DNA of 24,000 bases from Thermoflavimicrobium daqui (GTDB lineage Bacteria; Bacillota; Bacilli; Thermoactinomycetales; Thermoactinomycetaceae), in NCBI RefSeq assembly GCF_003313465.1, contig NZ_KZ845663.1:271911-295910 (forward strand). Reading direction: 5' to 3'. Below, piece by piece: positions 21,422 to 24,000 of the stretch. Position 1 is the stretch's first letter, and each line of letters starts with the position of its first letter. Both the position numbers and the translations under genes were made by a program. The notes beneath the pieces are model-generated. The model was not told the DNA's origin and did not search any database. It saw nothing but the letters and a program-made list of their open reading frames with translations.

Positions 21422-24000
21422 CTAGTCTTTTGTAGCGTAGTGCTTCTTTGCTAACTGTAGGAGAGGTTGAGTAAGCTGTTTACGAACTTGCATGTTGATT
21501 TGCCGGAAGTACTTTTTGGTCAGCATCATTAAAATGGCTCGTTCTACATCAGCAGTTTTCGTTGAATTAGTCGTCCAGTCAATCACATAGTTTGTTTCTA
21601 CAATCTCTGCAACATTCTGGGCGATTTCTTTCGATAGATGGATCATTTCCTCACTGATATATTCTGCACGTTCTTCTTTATTGATGGTTTTCGAACCTGC
21701 TTTCTGTTCTTCAGGTACATTCAAGTGAGCTTTCACCACCTCATAAAATGCATACTCCTTGTTGTTTAGCCCTAGTGCTTCTGCTTCCGCCGTTTCTCCT
21801 GTTTCAACCTCATTTTGTATAAACTCTTCCATCCGTTTCTTTCGTTCTGCCCAGTTTTGTTTGGTCTCATCGAGAATCCTTTGCAACTTTTCTAGTAAAC
21901 TGGTGTAATAAACGGGGTTATCATCCATCTTAACAGAAATCACGTGACGGATGGTATGCTCCATACTTGAAGCAATCGCTTCATCTGACTGTAAAGATTG
22001 TAACTTGGCGTTGTAATCATGATCAAATAAGGTAATCGGTTGAATCCATTGTTCAACCCCATGAGATTTTAGATGATCCGAAACTAACTTACGAACTTTT
22101 TCTCCACAATCCGAGATATCTAATTCTTTTTCTGGTTGAAAACGTGCTTTGGCGGCGGCACGGATATAGGATAGCCACTTGAGATCATTTAAATGATCCG
22201 TCGATACTTTTCCTGGCATCAATTGTTCAACTGCACTTGCAAATCGCTTATAGGCAAGTTCAAACTCTGCACGCTTATCTTCAGGTTCTAATATTTTTAC
22301 CAAATCATCTAACTGATCTTTTTTAATACCATGAAACATTACCATGACTGCTTCCCGATAAGAGAGCATCTGCTTATATAGCCCATCTAACGACTCCATT
22401 GGTGTTCCAAGATCCTCTTTATTAAAGACCTGCAGTGCTTCGTCTAAGTGGTTTGAGATTCCGTAGTAATCCACCACATAACCGCATTTCTTTTTATCTC
22501 CATGGGTACGGTTTACACGGGCGATGGCTTGTAGGAGGTTGTGTTCTTTCAATGGACGATCTAAATACATAACCTGCTCGATTGGAGCATCAAAACCAGT
22601 TAGAAGCATATCTTTTACAATTAAAAAACATAACTTACTTTCACTTATTGGCTTCACAAATTGCTTGATGATATTTTCTTGCTCTGGTTTTGTAGTAAAA
22701 TGCGCTTTTAAATGAGGCTGATCATTCAATTTACCAGAGAAGATAATTTTCACTTCTAACTCTTCGCCCATGATCTCTTTCATATGCTTGGTCAAAGCAT
22801 GGTAGTACTTTACACAAGCTTCACGGGAGACACAGACGACTTGCGCTTTAAAACCATTTGGATAAATCCATTCTTTATAATGTTGAAGCATATCTTTGGC
22901 GATCTCTTCAATACGTTCGTCTGCTTCGACAATGGTTTGTTTGGTAACGTATTTCTTTTTAATCATTTCTTTTTCTTCCTCTGTTCGATCTTTAAACGCT
23001 TGATCAAACAATTCCTCTAATGTTTCCCCTTTAATGTGCAACTTAGGCTTACGACCTTCATATACAATCCGTACTGTTGCTCCATCTTCAACTGCTTCTT
23101 GAATGGAGTACTTATCAATATAGCCACCAAATGTACGCTGGGTGGACTTATCCTCTTTTTCAATCGGTGTTCCTGTAAATCCGATAAAAGCTGCATTAGG
23201 CAAACCTTTACGCATATTTCTTGCATAGCCTTTGTACTGACTGCGATGTGCTTCATCCGCTAAGACGATGACATTCGACTTTAAGGTTAAGATCGGAAAC
23301 TCTTTTTCCAATTGTAAGGATTTTGCCTGTTTCTCATCTTTGATCAATTCTTTTTCTTCTTGATCCGCTTGAAACTTATGTATCGTTGTCATCACAATTT
23401 GTGACTGTGCTTTGGACAACAACTCTTTCATTTCATCGACCGATTCAGCCCGAACTGGTGTCGTAATGGATGAGAGCGTATGTAAAAACGTTCCATAAAT
23501 TTGTTTATCTAAGTCGACACGGTCTGTCACAACCACAATGGTGGCATCAGACAACTCTGGAACACGGCGGATTTTACGTGCTAAAAACACCATGGTTAGT
23601 GATTTACCAGAGCCTTGCGTGTGCCAGATGACACCGCCACGGGATACCTGATCTCGCCCATGGATCAGACGTTGAAGCGCCTTATTTACCGCACGAAACT
23701 GCTGATACCGACAAATCTTTTTGATTCGTATGCTAGATTCTGCATCTGTTTCAAATAAAATAAAGTTTTGCATAATATCTAGTAGATTACGTTTTTCTAG
23801 TAATCCCTGTAGAAAGAGATTTTGCCCACTATTCTCTACATCGACAATTTCTTTTTTGCGGAAAGGATATGGATCTTTCCATTCTAGATAATGGCTATAT
23901 TTAGAAGAGATAGTTCCGACATATGCATGATACTTATTTAAGATGCCAGTAAAAAAGTTAGTATAAAAGAGACGTGGAGCTCCTTCTAATCCTTGGGAAC
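21422..24000 (-). CDS. hsdR: type I restriction enzyme R subunit (HsdR), 5'-partial and running off the window
   Basis: SF2 helicase motifs GSGKSLTMVF, DEAHRSQ, FTGTPI and QAIARVNR. The frame stays open upstream of the track Met (23773) to position 24000 (...ENSGQNLFLQGLLEKRNLLDIMQNF...). Confidence 0.9.
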   Translation of the reverse strand, partial: SQGLEGAPRLFYTNFFTGILNKYHAYVGTISSKYSHYLEWKDPYPFRKKEIVDVENSGQNLFLQGLLEKRNLLDIMQNFILFETDAESSIRIKKICRYQQFRAVNKALQRLIHGRDQVSRGGVIWHTQGSGKSLTMVFLARKIRRVPELSDATIVVVTDRVDLDKQIYGTFLHTLSSITTPVRAESVDEMKELLSKAQSQIVMTTIHKFQADQEEKELIKDEKQAKSLQLEKEFPILTLKSNVIVLADEAHRSQYKGYARNMRKGLPNAAFIGFTGTPIEKEDKSTQRTFGGYIDKYSIQEAVEDGATVRIVYEGRKPKLHIKGETLEELFDQAFKDRTEEEKEMIKKKYVTKQTIVEADERIEEIAKDMLQHYKEWIYPNGFKAQVVCVSREACVKYYHALTKHMKEIMGEELEVKIIFSGKLNDQPHLKAHFTTKPEQENIIKQFVKPISESKLCFLIVKDMLLTGFDAPIEQVMYLDRPLKEHNLLQAIARVNRTHGDKKKCGYVVDYYGISNHLDEALQVFNKEDLGTPMESLDGLYKQMLSYREAVMVMFHGIKKDQLDDLVKILEPEDKRAEFELAYKRFASAVEQLMPGKVSTDHLNDLKWLSYIRAAAKARFQPEKELDISDCGEKVRKLVSDHLKSHGVEQWIQPITLFDHDYNAKLQSLQSDEAIASSMEHTIRHVISVKMDDNPVYYTSLLEKLQRILDETKQNWAERKKRMEEFIQNEVETGETAEAEALGLNNKEYAFYEVVKAHLNVPEEQKAGSKTINKEERAEYISEEMIHLSKEIAQNVAEIVETNYVIDWTTNSTKTADVERAILMMLTKKYFRQINMQVRKQLTQPLLQLAKKHYATKD

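Noticed and set aside
22524-23263. Four short ORFs inside the hsdR region (22524..22715, 22784..23020, 23017..23256, 23036..23263).
   Set aside because: They overlap the strongly supported HsdR frame, either antisense or out of frame, and I recognise no motifs in them.

Overview
The window is a low-GC, Firmicutes/Bacillales-like accessory region that reads as a mosaic of defence systems and mobile-element remnants. All calls come from reading the sequence and ORF track by eye. No database search, alignment program or RNA folding was run.

**Left part (1-7100)**
- There are two diverged copies of a minus-strand module: 270-nt leader, mini-CRISPR array, terminator, large serine recombinase.
- Copy 1 is intact. 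The copy 2 recombinase is truncated and fused to a fragment of a DnaC-like gene.
- The 37-nt repeats look like Cas6-processed type I/III repeats. No matching cas genes occur in the window.
- Between and beside the copies sit a Nudix-GntR-HD cassette and a Zn-ribbon Nudix gene. The Nudix gene is preceded by a hairpin-dense, GC-enriched non-coding stretch.

**Middle part (7181-11540)**
- This is a phage-like replication and immunity remnant: a RepO/DnaD-like protein, a DnaC-like loader, small Zn-ribbon proteins and two XRE HTH regulators.

**Type II-C CRISPR-Cas9 locus (11577-17361)**
- cas9-cas1-cas2 lie on the minus strand with a predicted tracrRNA upstream of cas9.
- Unusually, two inward-facing arrays with diverged repeat variants flank the locus.
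- Array A repeats end in an extended -10 promoter motif.

**Right part (17576-24000)**
- A stand-alone 61-aa ribosomal protein S14.
- A three-gene CBASS-like operon: CD-NTase, E2-only protein, patatin phospholipase.
- A DUF45/HExxH peptidase and a partial type I restriction HsdR that runs off the window.
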